The translations under genes and the position numbers were made by a program. 64,000 nt of DNA from Malassezia furfur (taxonomy: Eukaryota): NCBI GenBank assembly GCA_052055015.1, contig JBQJIT010000017.1; one strand, 5' to 3'. This document shows, piece by piece, positions 31,799 through 43,400 of this stretch (position 1 is its first letter; each line of letters begins with the position of its first letter). Below the pieces are notes generated by a model. It did no database searches, was not told where the DNA came from, and was given only the letters and a program-made list of their open reading frames with translations.

Positions 31799-34432
31799 CT
31801 ACGTACTATAAGCCACTCCCTCCTTGGAATGCGACCGGCGGTGCAGCGAGCCGCCGTGCATCGAACTGCTCGGACGCACATTGGGGATGAGGTCCGAGTA
31901 GCAGTAGGGATCGACGACCCCCGTGGCACTGCTCTCACTGTCGGTGTGCGACAACGTGGGCACATGCTCGTTCCATCGCATGTCGGGCGCCACCGGGCAC
32001 GAGCCCAGGAGCGATGCTGAGGCCACGTCCAGCGTGCCTGTCACCCCATCCGACTCGAATGCGGTCACCGACGAGCCGTGCGGGTCGCCGACATAGAAGC
32101 TGCTCGCGCGCGGCGCGGGCGGCAAGTCACACGGTATCGAAACAGGCGAGTTGGAGAGCGCGCTGAACGACTGGATCGTGTTGCGCCGCTTGAGCCGCTG
32201 CTTTTCCATGCGTCGGTGGTTGCAGCGCCGCACGAGCCACACCACAAAGCCGAGCAGCGCCAGTCCGGCGATCCCCGAAAAGGAGCTCACGAGCGCAGTT
32301 CGTGTATTGAGTGGGATCGTATTCGATGCGTCGTCCGAGTCTGTCGGGGAGTAAGCGAGAATGTCGAAGGACGGATCGATCTGTGACAGGAGCTGAACCT
32401 CGACCGGCGTCGCGTGCGGCGGTGTCATGGCCGCCGTCGGGTCCTGCAGCGCCGCCTGAAGCTCCTGGACCTTGTCAACAGGCACATAGGCGAGGTACAG
32501 TGTAAGCACCGTGTCGTTCAGGGTGTAGGCCCGCAGCTCCTTGGTCGTGACCGCTTGCGGATCCGAGCCAGTCCCGGTGGCCAGGAGGCGCGGCATGTAG
32601 GTAAAGATCTGGGCGGCTGTCTCTCGCTGCTCCACGACCCACAGCCAGGGCATCGTGCGCTTGAACAGCACGGCCACCGACGTCGTGTCCTTGGGCGCTG
32701 TGTTGCTCGCCCCCAGCGGCACGACCGCCGCGGGGTAGGCCGGTACCGACGAGGACGCATGGCCATGCGACGTACTGCTTGACGCCGCACTTGTAGGAGA
32801 TGACGGGGAGGGCGTCATGGCCGTGCCGAGACTCGCGGTAGACGAGCGCATCGGCGGCTGCGCCTGGTTCTTGGGTAGCACCAGCGACTCGGTGTTGACA
32901 AACGGACGCGACCGGTCTGGCGTTTGGGCACTTGCGCGCGACGAATTGGGTAGCGCCGGCGTGATGCGCGAGGAGATTGGAGGTGTTGATGCGCCGCGCG
33001 ACTCGGACGGCGTGGCACCACTCCTGGCATGCGTCGCCGTAGTGCGATATGCCGAAGACATCGCCGGGCGGGACGTACTCCAATACGGCACACGGTGGGC
33101 GCTCGTCGAATTGCGCCCGTACGACCACGCCGAAGCGGCTGCGGTCCAAATCTCCCGGCTCCGTGAGCGCGTGTGCGGCGTTTGGCTCGACGACGGAACA
33201 TTTATTGTGATCCCCGACACGACACTGGGCGTGATGCTCAACGCGGGGCGCCGCGTTGCCGACCCATGCGGTAGCGAGGCATGGCGGGTGCGCGACGAGA
33301 GATACGCCGTGCCGTTCCGTGCATGCGCCGGCGTCTCGTCGTGCGACCCACTCGACGTGCGCTGGTACGTGTTAGTGCTGCTCCGTGATCGGTGTCGCGT
33401 CGAGGTATGCCTGGAAGACGTCGCCTCGGCCGTGGCGCTCGGTCTGTGCGTGTGTGACGAGCGCGTTTGTACTGGCCGCGTGCCAGAGGTACGACGGTGC
33501 GATGGAACACTGGAACTGGTCGGCTCATCTGTATCGGACGTAGCCTTCGCGTGCCGATGTCGTCGCGACGTCGTTGCCTCGGACGTGCTGCCCGTCTTGT
33601 GAAGCGTGTGGTGTGCATGTCGGTTGTCCGCATCGCCCGAGTGCACCGAATCATCTGACGCCGATGCCTTGGGGTTGTTGTCGGTTGGCGTGTCCGAGGG
33701 TCCGTCGTCCGTTGCCGAGGACGTAGGGCCGTCGTCCGACGTAGAGGCCGTGGGTCCGTCGTCCGACGCCGAGGCCGAAGGTCCGTCGTCCGACATTGGC
33801 TCTGCCTCCTCCGAGTCCGAGGACGGTTCTGGAGTGTCGGATGCAGCGTGGGTCGGACGCGCTCGGTATGTCGATGCTCTGTGGCTCGAGCTCTCCTCGA
33901 CATTGGCCGCGCTCGTCTCTGCCCAAGACACAAACGATTCGCTGTACTTTTTCGAGGGTCCATGCGACGGCTTGGAATGCGCCGTCTCCGCTGAAGAATA
34001 CCAAGTCGCTTGTCCCGTCGACCCCGGGTCGCGACGCCAGGACGTCTCGGTGACCGACGCGGACTCGGCCGTCGCCTCTGCCTGGCTCCACGACGAGCGT
34101 GTGACATGCTTTTGACGTCGGTGTGTCTTGGATTGTGAGGTTGTCTCCTCGAACGTATCCGTCTCGTCCGCATCGTCCGCCCCGGCGTGCGAAGACCGGG
34201 TCGGGGAAGACGTACGCGTCCGTGATGCGGTACGACGCGACGCGGTCACCGCCGAACTCGAGCGGTTACTAGCGATGCTTTCGTCGGAGTCCCTAGCCAA
34301 GTCCGTGCTTTTCGTGCTCAATACCTCATGCGTACGCAGCAGGCCGTGTGCATGCTCGGTTGCACTTGATGAGTCCCCCGCTAGAACTCCAGCAGCTAGA
34401 ACGACAGCGGCGACGACCACGAGCGGACGCAT
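31799..34432 (-). CDS. MSB2: Msb2/Hkr1-type signalling mucin
   Basis: Signal peptide, long Ser/Thr-rich region, HMH-like segment VLFKRTMPWLWVV..TAAQIFTYMP, one TM helix (GIAGLALLGFVVWLV) and a cytoplasmic tail. Confidence 0.75.
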   Translation of the reverse strand: MRPLVVVAAVVLAAGVLAGDSSSATEHAHGLLRTHEVLSTKSTDLARDSDESIASNRSSSAVTASRRTASRTRTSSPTRSSHAGADDADETDTFEETTSQSKTHRRQKHVTRSSWSQAEATAESASVTETSWRRDPGSTGQATWYSSAETAHSKPSHGPSKKYSESFVSWAETSAANVEESSSHRASTYRARPTHAASDTPEPSSDSEEAEPMSDDGPSASASDDGPTASTSDDGPTSSATDDGPSDTPTDNNPKASASDDSVHSGDADNRHAHHTLHKTGSTSEATTSRRHRHAKATSDTDEPTSSSVPSHRRTSGTRPVQTRSSHTHRPSATAEATSSRHTSTRHRSRSSTNTYQRTSSGSHDETPAHARNGTAYLSSRTRHASLPHGSATRRPALSITPSVVSGITINVPSSSQTPHTRSRSREIWTAAASAWSYGRNSTSAHRVPYWSTSRPAMSSAYRTTATHARSGATPSESRGASTPPISSRITPALPNSSRASAQTPDRSRPFVNTESLVLPKNQAQPPMRSSTASLGTAMTPSPSSPTSAASSSTSHGHASSSVPAYPAAVVPLGASNTAPKDTTSVAVLFKRTMPWLWVVEQRETAAQIFTYMPRLLATGTGSDPQAVTTKELRAYTLNDTVLTLYLAYVPVDKVQELQAALQDPTAAMTPPHATPVEVQLLSQIDPSFDILAYSPTDSDDASNTIPLNTRTALVSSFSGIAGLALLGFVVWLVRRCNHRRMEKQRLKRRNTIQSFSALSNSPVSIPCDLPPAPRASSFYVGDPHGSSVTAFESDGVTGTLDVASASLLGSCPVAPDMRWNEHVPTLSHTDSESSATGVVDPYCYSDLIPNVRPSSSMHGGSLHRRSHSKEGVAYST
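33650..33796 (-). repeat. 27-bp coding tandem repeat (SDDGP[ST]xxx, 4 good copies plus degenerate ones) in the mucin
   Basis: (t/g)ccgtcgtcc recurs at 33701, 33728, 33755 and 33782. Confidence 0.85.
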
Positions 34433-34650
34433 GGTCAGGGGCAGACGGGGGGAGAATGCCGCGTTTTGTAGCAGCACTGATCCCTCGTCACATATCTAGG
34501 GTGCCAATTTGAGGGTCTCGGCATTCGCGCCATCGTGTCAGTGTCGCATCGTAATGCCGTGCGCACGGAGCGACCTCCACCTGCACGGAGGCCGCCGGCG
34601 CTGGGCGGGGGAGCAGGTCCAGTCCTGGGCGCATGGCATGGCATTCTACA

Positions 34651-36453
34651 TTATGTACGGGATGCTTCAGCAGGTTGCGACGGCGCTGCACCAGGCACGG
34701 CAGGTGCTGCACCAGGCACCGCAGGAGGCACTGCATCGTCGCCGCGTGATTTCTTGGCACTGGAGTCTTGGTTGTCGTCCGCGTGCTGGGTGAGTTGGGA
34801 CGGGCGTACCTTGTTCTTGGACCGCTTGGATGCCACCTTGCGTGGCCGCGGATCACCGTCAAACACATAGTCGGGCAGGTTAGTGCCCTTGATGTGGCGC
34901 ACGACGATGCCCATTGCCGTCTCGTCAAACTGCTCCCACTGCTTCACCTTTTGTGTAAAGTCGATGGTCGGGTATGAGATGTCCAGACGGCGTGTCGCCC
35001 CGTCGTTGGCCTGTCGTGGCTCGATCTTGAGCCCGATGTAAAACGTCGTGGTATATATCGTGCGGCGTCCCTTGTCCGCATCGACCTCCTGCACCGCCTC
35101 GTCTTTTTCCTTGGCCGCCTCGCTCTCGGCGGGGAGCTCCTGCACCTTGGTGCGCTGCGCAACCGCCTCGGGGATATCGCCCGTGGCCACCTGGCGCACC
35201 TCCTCGTCGGTAAAGCACAGGCTCTCCTGGTTGAAACCTTTGACAAACGGGTGCGCATACAGCAGTGTCGGGACCAGCTCGAGTTTCATGACGAGCTGCC
35301 GCAGGCGAGACTCGACCGTACCCTGCCACTTGAGCTGCAAATCCGCCGAGCCAGACGACGCAATCACTTGCAGGTAGTACTTGTACTTGTGGAAAAAGTC
35401 GTGCTTCTCAAACAGCTCGGACCACTGCGCCTCGCCGCGGAACACGCGGTCGACGATCTCCGAGCCGCGCAGAAACTCTTGGGTCATAACCATTTCGGTG
35501 GACTGCGAGACGTTGTGCGTTGCGCACATGGACGGGTACGCGGGCGTGATGATGGGCATACGGTGCAGCCGGTCCGTCGGATACAGCCGCGGGTTCCACA
35601 CACGGACGTGCAGGGGTCCCTCTTCAATGTTCTTGAGCAGGACCGGCTGCGGCCACTTCCACTGGTGCAAGATGATGAAGAAGCGACTGACGATCGGCCC
35701 CGGTGCCTCGTTCGGGTACAGCTGGCAGATGCGCGCGACCAGCATCGCCCACGCCACACCGCCCAGGAAGCCGAGCACGTTGGAGTAGATCGCTCGCCGG
35801 CTTGCCCACAACTTGATGCACCGCAATGCCATACGGAACACATGTACGTTGGGCACGAGGCGCAGAATCTCGTCCGTGACGCGCGAACCACCCAAACTGC
35901 GCACGTCACGCTCGTCCAAATTCTTGAGCAGGTTGTCGTCCTTCAGCTCAAGCGAGTCGTCAATGCGCGGTAGTGCGATGCGCGCAAACAGGAAATCGAT
36001 CGAGATCCCCATAAACTTGGTCTTGATCACTGGAACAAATGCTTCGGGAACGCCCGCGAGCTCCGACACCTCCTCGCGCTCCTTCAGGAGCGCCTCAAAG
36101 ATGGAGAAAAAGTCTTCGCGTTGCACATGTTTCGGCACGACGCACAGCGTGTCGATATCCGAGCCCGGGCCGTGCACACCGAGGCGGTACGAGCCGAAGG
36201 TAAAGATCTTGCCGCCTGCGTTGCGCGCGGCGCTCTCGGGCAGCCCGTGCGCGATCGACGCACGGTACACAAACTCCTTGACGATCGCATCCACGCGTCC
36301 GAGCACGACCTCGCGCAGCTTCGCCTCTTCGTTCGACTCAAACACGTTCTGCGCACGCAGCTCAGCCTCCAGGCTCTTGGAGATTTCGAGATCCTTCTCC
36401 GTGGGCCCTGCCAGCGAGATCGGGGGCGTCACCCCGAGGTACTTGGTGCTCAT
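34651..36453 (-). CDS. PAP1: Canonical poly(A) polymerase
   Basis: YLGVTPPIS, KIFTFGSYRLGVHGPGSDIDTLC, GFLGGVAWAMLVARICQLYPN, MPIITPAYPSMCATHNV; probable 24-nt intron at 34786-34809. Confidence 0.96.
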   Translation of the reverse strand: MSTKYLGVTPPISLAGPTEKDLEISKSLEAELRAQNVFESNEEAKLREVVLGRVDAIVKEFVYRASIAHGLPESAARNAGGKIFTFGSYRLGVHGPGSDIDTLCVVPKHVQREDFFSIFEALLKEREEVSELAGVPEAFVPVIKTKFMGISIDFLFARIALPRIDDSLELKDDNLLKNLDERDVRSLGGSRVTDEILRLVPNVHVFRMALRCIKLWASRRAIYSNVLGFLGGVAWAMLVARICQLYPNEAPGPIVSRFFIILHQWKWPQPVLLKNIEEGPLHVRVWNPRLYPTDRLHRMPIITPAYPSMCATHNVSQSTEMVMTQEFLRGSEIVDRVFRGEAQWSELFEKHDFFHKYKYYLQVIASSGSADLQLKWQGTVESRLRQLVMKLELVPTLLYAHPFVKGFNQESLCFTDEEVRQVATGDIPEAVAQRTKVQELPAESEAAKEKDEAVQEVDADKGRRTIYTTTFYIGLKIEPRQANDGATRRLDISYPTIDFTQKVKQWEQFDETAMGIVVRHIKGTNLPDYVFDGDPRPRKVASKRSKNKVRPSQLTQHADDNQDSSAKKSRGDDAVPPAVPGAAPAVPGAAPSQPAEASRT

Positions 36454-36515
36454 CCCTGGCGAAGCTGCGACGCGCGCCCTCGGCCGAATGTCCGTGCGCG
36501 CGTCCGCCGACGAGC

Positions 36516-38030
36516 ATGCACGCGGGGGCCCTCGCACTCGGCGCGGGGGGATGGGGCGCTGTGCAGGCGCTCGTGCGCTGCGCACCGACCGCGCCGTGGA
36601 TTGTTGAGGCGCTGGACCGCGTCTCGGCAGAGCTTGTCGTCACGCTCCTGTACGTCACGGTCGAGACCACCGCGTGGAACGCATGGCCAGTGCAGGCCTT
36701 GGCCTGGGCCGCGGCGCGCAAGGCCTGGCGACGCTTTTACGACGTGGGCATCGTGTGCGCCGGCGTGTGTCTCGTAGCAATGATCGGTGTGCTGCTCACC
36801 ATGTGCACGCAGCTTTTGGAGGCACCGGCACTCGCGAAGCGCAGCGTCGCATCCGAGTGGACGCTCGTACCGGTGGTACGTGCGCAACTGACCCAGATCC
36901 CAGGCGTGACGGTGCCGCTCACCTACGCAATCCCGCTGATTTTGGCGCTGCTTGTAAGTCAGGGCGCACATGAGGCGGGGCATGCGCTCGCCGCCGGGCT
37001 GCATCGCATCAAACCGCTCGCAATGGGCCTCACCGTCGTTGTGCCCCTGATCCCCATCGCCCACGTTGCATTGCCACGCCTTGAAGGTCGTCTTACGCGC
37101 CGCGAGCAGCTGCGCATTGTCTCCGCGGGCGTGTGGCATAATGCATGCATCCTTATTGTCCTATACGCCGTACTTGTTTCCGGCATGGCGCATGTCTTTT
37201 GGACAGACGCACAGGCCCTGCGCATCACCCGCTCGGCAGACGCCGAATTGCGTGAATGGCTGCCGGCTGGGGCACGGATCCGCTCAATTAACGATCGCGA
37301 ACTCGCGCCGATGCCGCCGGCGGCGCGACGCGAGGTCTGGGAAGCCATGCTGCACAACGACTTGCCCCCGGCCCAGGGGTGGTGCATCGAGGCGCCGCGC
37401 TGGGCGAATGCCTCGGATGCGTGCTGCGCGGAGCCCACGCCAGTCGAGACGTGTTTCAAAGGCGATGATGCACGGTGCTTGCCCACCTCCGATGTCCTCT
37501 TGCTCGCTGCACGGTGCAATACGACGTGCGACGGCGTATGTGTGCGCCCTGCGCCGCACGAGTCGCTTGCATGGCTCCTGCTCGATGTTGCCCCATCGAC
37601 CGAGCAGGTGATCCTGCGAGGCCCTTTTGATACCCTTCCGGCGTATGTCGCGGTGTCGACGGAGCGCCTCGTCGCGTGGCTGCGCGTGTGGGGCCTCGAG
37701 GCGATCGGCGACGCGGTCGCATACCTGTGCAGCGTGCTGACATTCAGCCTGACGATCGTTAATACGACCCTGTGCCTGCTCAATATGCTGCCGATTGCAC
37801 CGCTTGATGGCGGTGCCTACATACGTCTTGTGCTTGCCGAGACCTACGCGTGGCGGCATGGCGACGCAAGCGACACCTTCGCGCTCGACGCCGACGAGGA
37901 AGAGGCCGAAGAGGTGCCATGGGCCGCGCGCGTCGAGCGGGTTCTGCGGTTCGTGCAGGTGACCACGTACGCCTTGTGTGCCATGGCATTGGTGCGCAGC
38001 CTCGCGACGGCCCTGCACTATGTACGATAG
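36516..38030 (+). CDS. Site-2 protease (M50A, MBTPS2/Stp1-like) intramembrane metalloprotease
   Basis: IPGVTVP, HEAGH, QLRIVSAGVWHN, Cys-rich insert, LNMLPIAPLDGG. Confidence 0.85.
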   Translation: MHAGALALGAGGWGAVQALVRCAPTAPWIVEALDRVSAELVVTLLYVTVETTAWNAWPVQALAWAAARKAWRRFYDVGIVCAGVCLVAMIGVLLTMCTQLLEAPALAKRSVASEWTLVPVVRAQLTQIPGVTVPLTYAIPLILALLVSQGAHEAGHALAAGLHRIKPLAMGLTVVVPLIPIAHVALPRLEGRLTRREQLRIVSAGVWHNACILIVLYAVLVSGMAHVFWTDAQALRITRSADAELREWLPAGARIRSINDRELAPMPPAARREVWEAMLHNDLPPAQGWCIEAPRWANASDACCAEPTPVETCFKGDDARCLPTSDVLLLAARCNTTCDGVCVRPAPHESLAWLLLDVAPSTEQVILRGPFDTLPAYVAVSTERLVAWLRVWGLEAIGDAVAYLCSVLTFSLTIVNTTLCLLNMLPIAPLDGGAYIRLVLAETYAWRHGDASDTFALDADEEEAEEVPWAARVERVLRFVQVTTYALCAMALVRSLATALHYVR

Positions 38031-38031
38031 C

Positions 38032-39451
38032 TTACAACAAATCAAACAGGTCCTTGGATCCACCCGTGGGGTTGGCTGGCTTGGTGCCCCACACCGAGCT
38101 CGTCGTTTGATCCTTGGCCAGCTGCGCCATGCTTTTCTTACCCTTGTCATCCGACTGCACCGGCTTGCCGCGCGACGTCGCCCACAGATCGTCGAACGTC
38201 GACGCCGCACTCGGCTTGGTCGTCGGCGTAGCCATCACCGTAGACGACTTGGACGCCCCCGCACCACTCGGCTTGGGCATTGCCGACGCACCGACCGGCG
38301 CCGGGGCAACCGTCGTGGCATTCGCCGACTGCGCGGGCGGCGCATCGTCCAAGAAGTCAAACAGCTTTCCCTTGGACGGCTGCGTGGGTGCCGGCGCACC
38401 CGGCGCAGGCTTCGGCGCCGCGGCCGGCACCGTCGTTGGCGCCGACTGGAAGTCGTCAAATTCGTCAAACACGGCAGCGGCGGCAGGCTTGGAGGCGGCC
38501 GGCGCGGCGGCAGGTGCAGCGGCCGGCGCAGGCGCAGGCGTCTCGTCCTCCGCGTCAAAGCTAAACAGGTCAGCGACCGCCGGCTGTGTCTTCGCTGCCG
38601 GTGCACTGCTCGCTGCAGCGGTGCGCGACGACGAACGTGTCGTGCGCTCATCGTCGCCCGCATCGTACTCGTCGTACTCGGGCTCTGCGGCAGCACCGTA
38701 CGTCGAAGGTCCCGTATGGCTTGCGCCCGCCGCGCCAGCGTAGTAGGCGTCGCTGCTGAACCCGCCGTAGCGACCGCCGCCGCTGCCGGGCACAAAGTCG
38801 CCGCTGCCGGTGCCCTGGTACTTGGCGCGGTTCGCGCGCGCCTTGCGGCGCTCGGCGCGAATCAGTTCAACGTCGGAGAGGAGTGCCGCGAGTTCCTTGG
38901 CACGGTTGCGCACTGCGTCAGGAAGCGGGCCACCTACCGTTGATGCCCTGGTCTTTGCCCTTGTCGTCGATGTAGTGGAAGTTGCGGAGGATCTTGATCG
39001 TGGCGAGGTGCGCGCGCGCCTCATCGACCACACGCTCAGATCCGTGCTTCACGATGTATTCGAGCAGTTGGAGTGCCTTGTAGATCTGGCGCCAGTCGCG
39101 CGCCTCCTTCTCCATGAACCGCCGGAAGATGGTCGGCATGATTTCGTTAAAGTCGTGGCTGGGTCAGGGCGGGGCTACCCACTAGTTGTACGTGCTGTGT
39201 GAGTTGTGAATACGTACGCCTGAGCGATCTCCTGCATCAGCGTCGAGCTTGCGCCCCACGGGTCGTCGTTCGTCGCCTCGCGGACCTTGGCCTCGATTTC
39301 GCTGATGTTCAACGCATAGTTTTTGGCCTGCGTGTAGAATGACTTGATGTCATAGAAGGTCAAGTTCGACAGCTTATTGCCACTGTGTGAGCGTACACGA
39401 CGCACATCTCCTCCAGATCCTGCGGTCAGCTTCGCGCATCGCACGTACCAT
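38032..39451 (-). CDS. ENT3: Epsin-related ENTH-domain adaptor (5 introns, two micro-exons)
   Basis: Spliced: M|DLEEI|GNKLSNLTFYDIK..KVREATNDDPWGASSTLMQEIAQA|TYNY|HDFNEIM..WRQIYKALQLLEY..DQGINV|RNRAKE; DLFSFD, FDDF and DLFDLL motifs. Confidence 0.9.
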
Positions 39452-39527
39452 GATGGCGGCGCAGCAGTGTTGGTAGCGGGTCGCTGACTAAGCACGTGAT
39501 CGGCGTGCGGCTGACGACGCACCCACC

Positions 39528-40303
39528 ATGTTTCTGACGCGGTCCGAGTACGGTACGTGCGGCCCACTGACGCAGACCGCGGCGTGAACACCTTCTCGCC
39601 GGAAGGGCGTCTCTTCCAAGTCGAATACGCGCTTGAGGCCATCAAGCTCGGGTCGACGACCGTCGGGATTGCGACCAAGGAGGGCGTCGTGCTCGGCGTC
39701 GAGAAGCGCGTTCAGTCGCCGCTGCTCGAGACGAGCTCGATCGAGAAGATTATGGAGATTGATACCCACGTCGGCGCTGCGATGAGTGGGCTTACTGCGG
39801 ACGCGCGCACCATGATTGACCACGCCCGCGTCGTGAGCCAGAACCACAGCTTCGTCTACGACGAAGAAATCAAGATCGAGAGTGTCGCGCAGGCCGTGTG
39901 TGACCTTGCGCTTCGCTTCGGCGAGAATACGGAGGATGACGAGGCGATGATGAGCCGGCCGTTTGGTGTCGCGCTGCTCATCGTCGGCATCGACGAGAAC
40001 GGGCCGCAGCTCTTCCACGCGGACCCGTCGGGGACGTTTGTGCGCTACGACGCCAAGGCTATCGGCTCGGGCTCCGAGGGCGCGCAGGGCGAGCTACAGG
40101 AAAAGTACAACAAGGACCTGTCGCTGCACGATGCGTCGATGCTCACGCTGCGTGTGCTGAAGCAGGTCATGGAGGAGAAGCTCAACGAGCACAACGTCCA
40201 GCTCGCGACCGTTACGCCGCGCACTGCCAAGGACGGGCGCATGTCGGGCAAGTTTGAGATCATGGACGAGGCCCGGCTCAAGCAGCTCGTCGAGGCGATG
40301 TAG
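39528..40303 (+). CDS. PUP2: 20S proteasome alpha-5 subunit (1 intron, 39553-39575)
   Basis: [46 protein letters not shown]. Confidence 0.96.
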
Positions 40304-40425
40304 TTTCGTAGCGTGCCCCGCAAACCCTTTGGCTGTTACGCTGCACGCCGGCGCCGCGCAACCCCACCGTCGGGTGGAGGTTCGCGTCGCCCCACCTTCC
40401 CCCGCCGTGGTGCATTGGCGCGACC

Positions 40426-43400
40426 ATGACCGACGCGCCCGAGGGTCGCGCGATCCGCATCACGTATGCGACGCACTCGTCGCCCCAGGCGGGTGCGCTG
40501 ATCTCGCATGTGACCGGCCTGCTGCAGCAGCAATTCCCGCTCCGCAACGTGCACTGGCGCCCGTCGCCGTCCACGCGGTGCCTGCGCCCGTCGGCGACGC
40601 GCGCAGCCGGCGCCGTATCGCAGGCGCCGCATGCGATCCGCACGCTCCAGATGCTCCCGGTGAATCTGGTGCCCGTGCAGGCGCCCGTGAACGTGCGTGA
40701 GCCCGTGCTGGCACGCACGCCGTGTGTGCACCTGTTCTTTGTTGCGTGTGACGACAACGACATGTACCGAAGCAAGGTGCGCAGCGAGATCCGCAACTGG
40801 ATTGCATCGCTGCCTTCTCTTATGCCGCAAGATTTTGCGGCGATGCGCGTGCCCGGCGAGGAGGGCCACGACGTGCCTGCGGTGCTGGAACCCGAGTTTC
40901 TCATTGTGCTGGTGCCGCCGATGAGCGAGGCGGCACCTTCGACGCCACCAGTGATGGGCGGTGGTGCACACCCTGCGATGCCTGGGACGCCGCAGACAAG
41001 CGCGCCCAAGGGCCCCATGAACCGCTTCTACAGCATGAACAAGGGCACCGTTTTCGAAAAGGTCAAGGCCGATTTCAATTCGTCGCTGCACGAGCGTGTG
41101 GTACAACTGCCCAAGTTGCCCGGCACGGTATCGCCTGCAGCGACCAACGACCCCGTACTGTGGATCGAGCTTCTTGCGCGCATGAAGGAGTGTGTCGCCA
41201 ACACGATCGGCAGCCTCGTCGAGCTGCAAGACCGCACCATTACGCTGTACGACGCTCAACGTGGCCAGCCGTCGTGGTCGTTCAGCCAGTCGCTTGCGCG
41301 CACCGAACAGCTCATCGAGACGCTCGAGGGTGTCGAGCTGCTCGAGGACAGCCTCACGTTGTACCAGGAGCTCGACCAGCGCCTCGCCGCCGGGCTCGCC
41401 GATGGCTCTGCCTCCTTCCCTGCGATTGGCGGCACAGACCCCGGCGACGATAGTTTGCTGCTGTTGGGACCCTTGCGCAAGCCGTACCACGCGCAGCTCG
41501 AACAGGGCACCATCTCGCTGTTCGACCTACGATGCTACCTGTTTGCGCAGCAGGCGATGCTGCTCGGCACGCTCGGACACGTGCTCAAAGTGATCCAGAC
41601 GACGCCCGCGTTCATTGCGCATGTCGCACAGATGTATGCACGCTGCGGCACTGCGGGCCTGCCGCGCTTCTTCGTCGAGGCGTGGTCCTTTTCCGTGGCG
41701 CTCGATGCCGTCGAGCAGTGCCAGGCGTGGCTTGTGGAGCAGACCAACGAGGGCGACGAGGATCCCTCCCAACTGCCCGCCTTCCATGCAGCCAAGGCGG
41801 ACCTGCTCGAGCTCGCGGTACGCCAGCTGCTGCGCATCGGTCTCCGCACGGGCCACCTGCCCGACCGCGACCCGTTCCGCTTGGCGGACGCCGGGGGCCT
41901 GGCGTATCCCGAGGCCTCCGACGCGCCCATCACGCGCAAGGAGCTCGTCGAGGCAATGGACCGCCGCGACGTGTTTGACATGCAGCTGCGCAACCTCATC
42001 CAGCGCGCGGTACTTGCCGCGTCGCTCGCGCAGCAACACAGCCGCCTGTTCCGCCTCAAATACGTCCTCGCCAGCCTCGACATGCTGCGCGGCTCGTACG
42101 CCGCCGCTGCCCCACTCTTTTCCGAGCTGCTTGCCGGCGACGCACCTGCCGCGTGGGGGCCGCTGCACGCCGCCGTGCACGCCGAGCGCCTCGCGTGCTT
42201 GCGCCACGCCGCGCGCGACCACGGCGTGGAGTGGGTCGACGCAAACCTCGCGGCGCTGCGCACCGTGTGTGCGATGCGTACGTTGATGCGTGCACCACAG
42301 CCCCTCGACGAGCGCGCGCTGCTCGTGGCGCTGCAGGAGGAGAGCGCGGCGCTCGACCAAGAGACGACCCTCGTGGGCTACAACGGCTTCCGTGTGCGCC
42401 TTGTGCACTTCCGCGCGATGCGGACGGGGGACGATGACGGCGCGTGGCTCGATGTCGACGTGTTCTCGCACCTGGGCTTCCCGCTTGAGGTGCATAGCGT
42501 CGGCGTGTATGTGTCCAACTATCAGCAGGACCAACTGTGGTTCCAGAGCGCGCCGCTCACGATTTATCCTGGCACAACATCGTGCCGCGCGTACTGCGCG
42601 ATGCCTGCCGCGGGCTTCTTCCACGTCCAGGCGACGCAGGTACGCCTCGGCACGCACGTGCTCCTCGAGCAGCTCGTGCAGGGTGCCTTGTCGCTCTCGA
42701 CACTCGCCGACGCGCAGCAGCACGAGTATACGCGCCCGCGCATCTTTGTGCCGGCGGACGGCGATGCGGCCGATGTGCGCATCCTTCCACAAACGCACGT
42801 CGAGCTCGACGCGCCGCGTCACGCCGTGCTTGAGGTAGCGGCGGGGCGCAATACGCTCTCGGCCACGGTCCGCATCGAGCCGGGGGCGGGTGTACGCCTC
42901 GCGGCGGTGACGGCGCCGATGACCGACAGTACTGCGCGCGTCGAATGCGTCGGCGATACGGTGCGCATCGACGGCCTTGTGCCGTACACACATTGCCGTA
43001 TCCCGCTGCCGTTCGCTGCCGTGCCGCGCGGCGGTGTGTGTGAGCTGCTGGTCACGCTGCGCTACCGCTCGCAGCAGAGCCATGCAGATGTTGACCGCGT
43101 GCGAGTGCGCCGTCTGACTGCCGCACTGGCGCTCCCGCTCGGGATCCAAATTCAGGACCACTTCCGCCTCGCGCACCTTCTCTCGCAGCTCACGCTCGAA
43201 GCAAGTCCGGGTGCGTACACGCGGATCGCCGCGCCGCGGATCGCCGCGCCGGCGTCGGGCGCCTTGCAGGTGCAACTCCCCGCCGCGGCGCCGGCGGTGC
43301 TCGTTCCTGAGCAGCCGAGCGCCGCCCTACTGCGCTTTACGCTCCCTGAAGGCCAGCACCGCACGGCACAGCCAGAGACGTTCCGGCTGACGATCGCCTA

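Noticed and set aside
43222..43251. Exact 15-bp tandem duplication (RIAAP twice) in TRS130, and PAVPGAA repeats in the PAP1 tail
   Set aside because: Ordinary in-frame slippage in loop or low-complexity regions.
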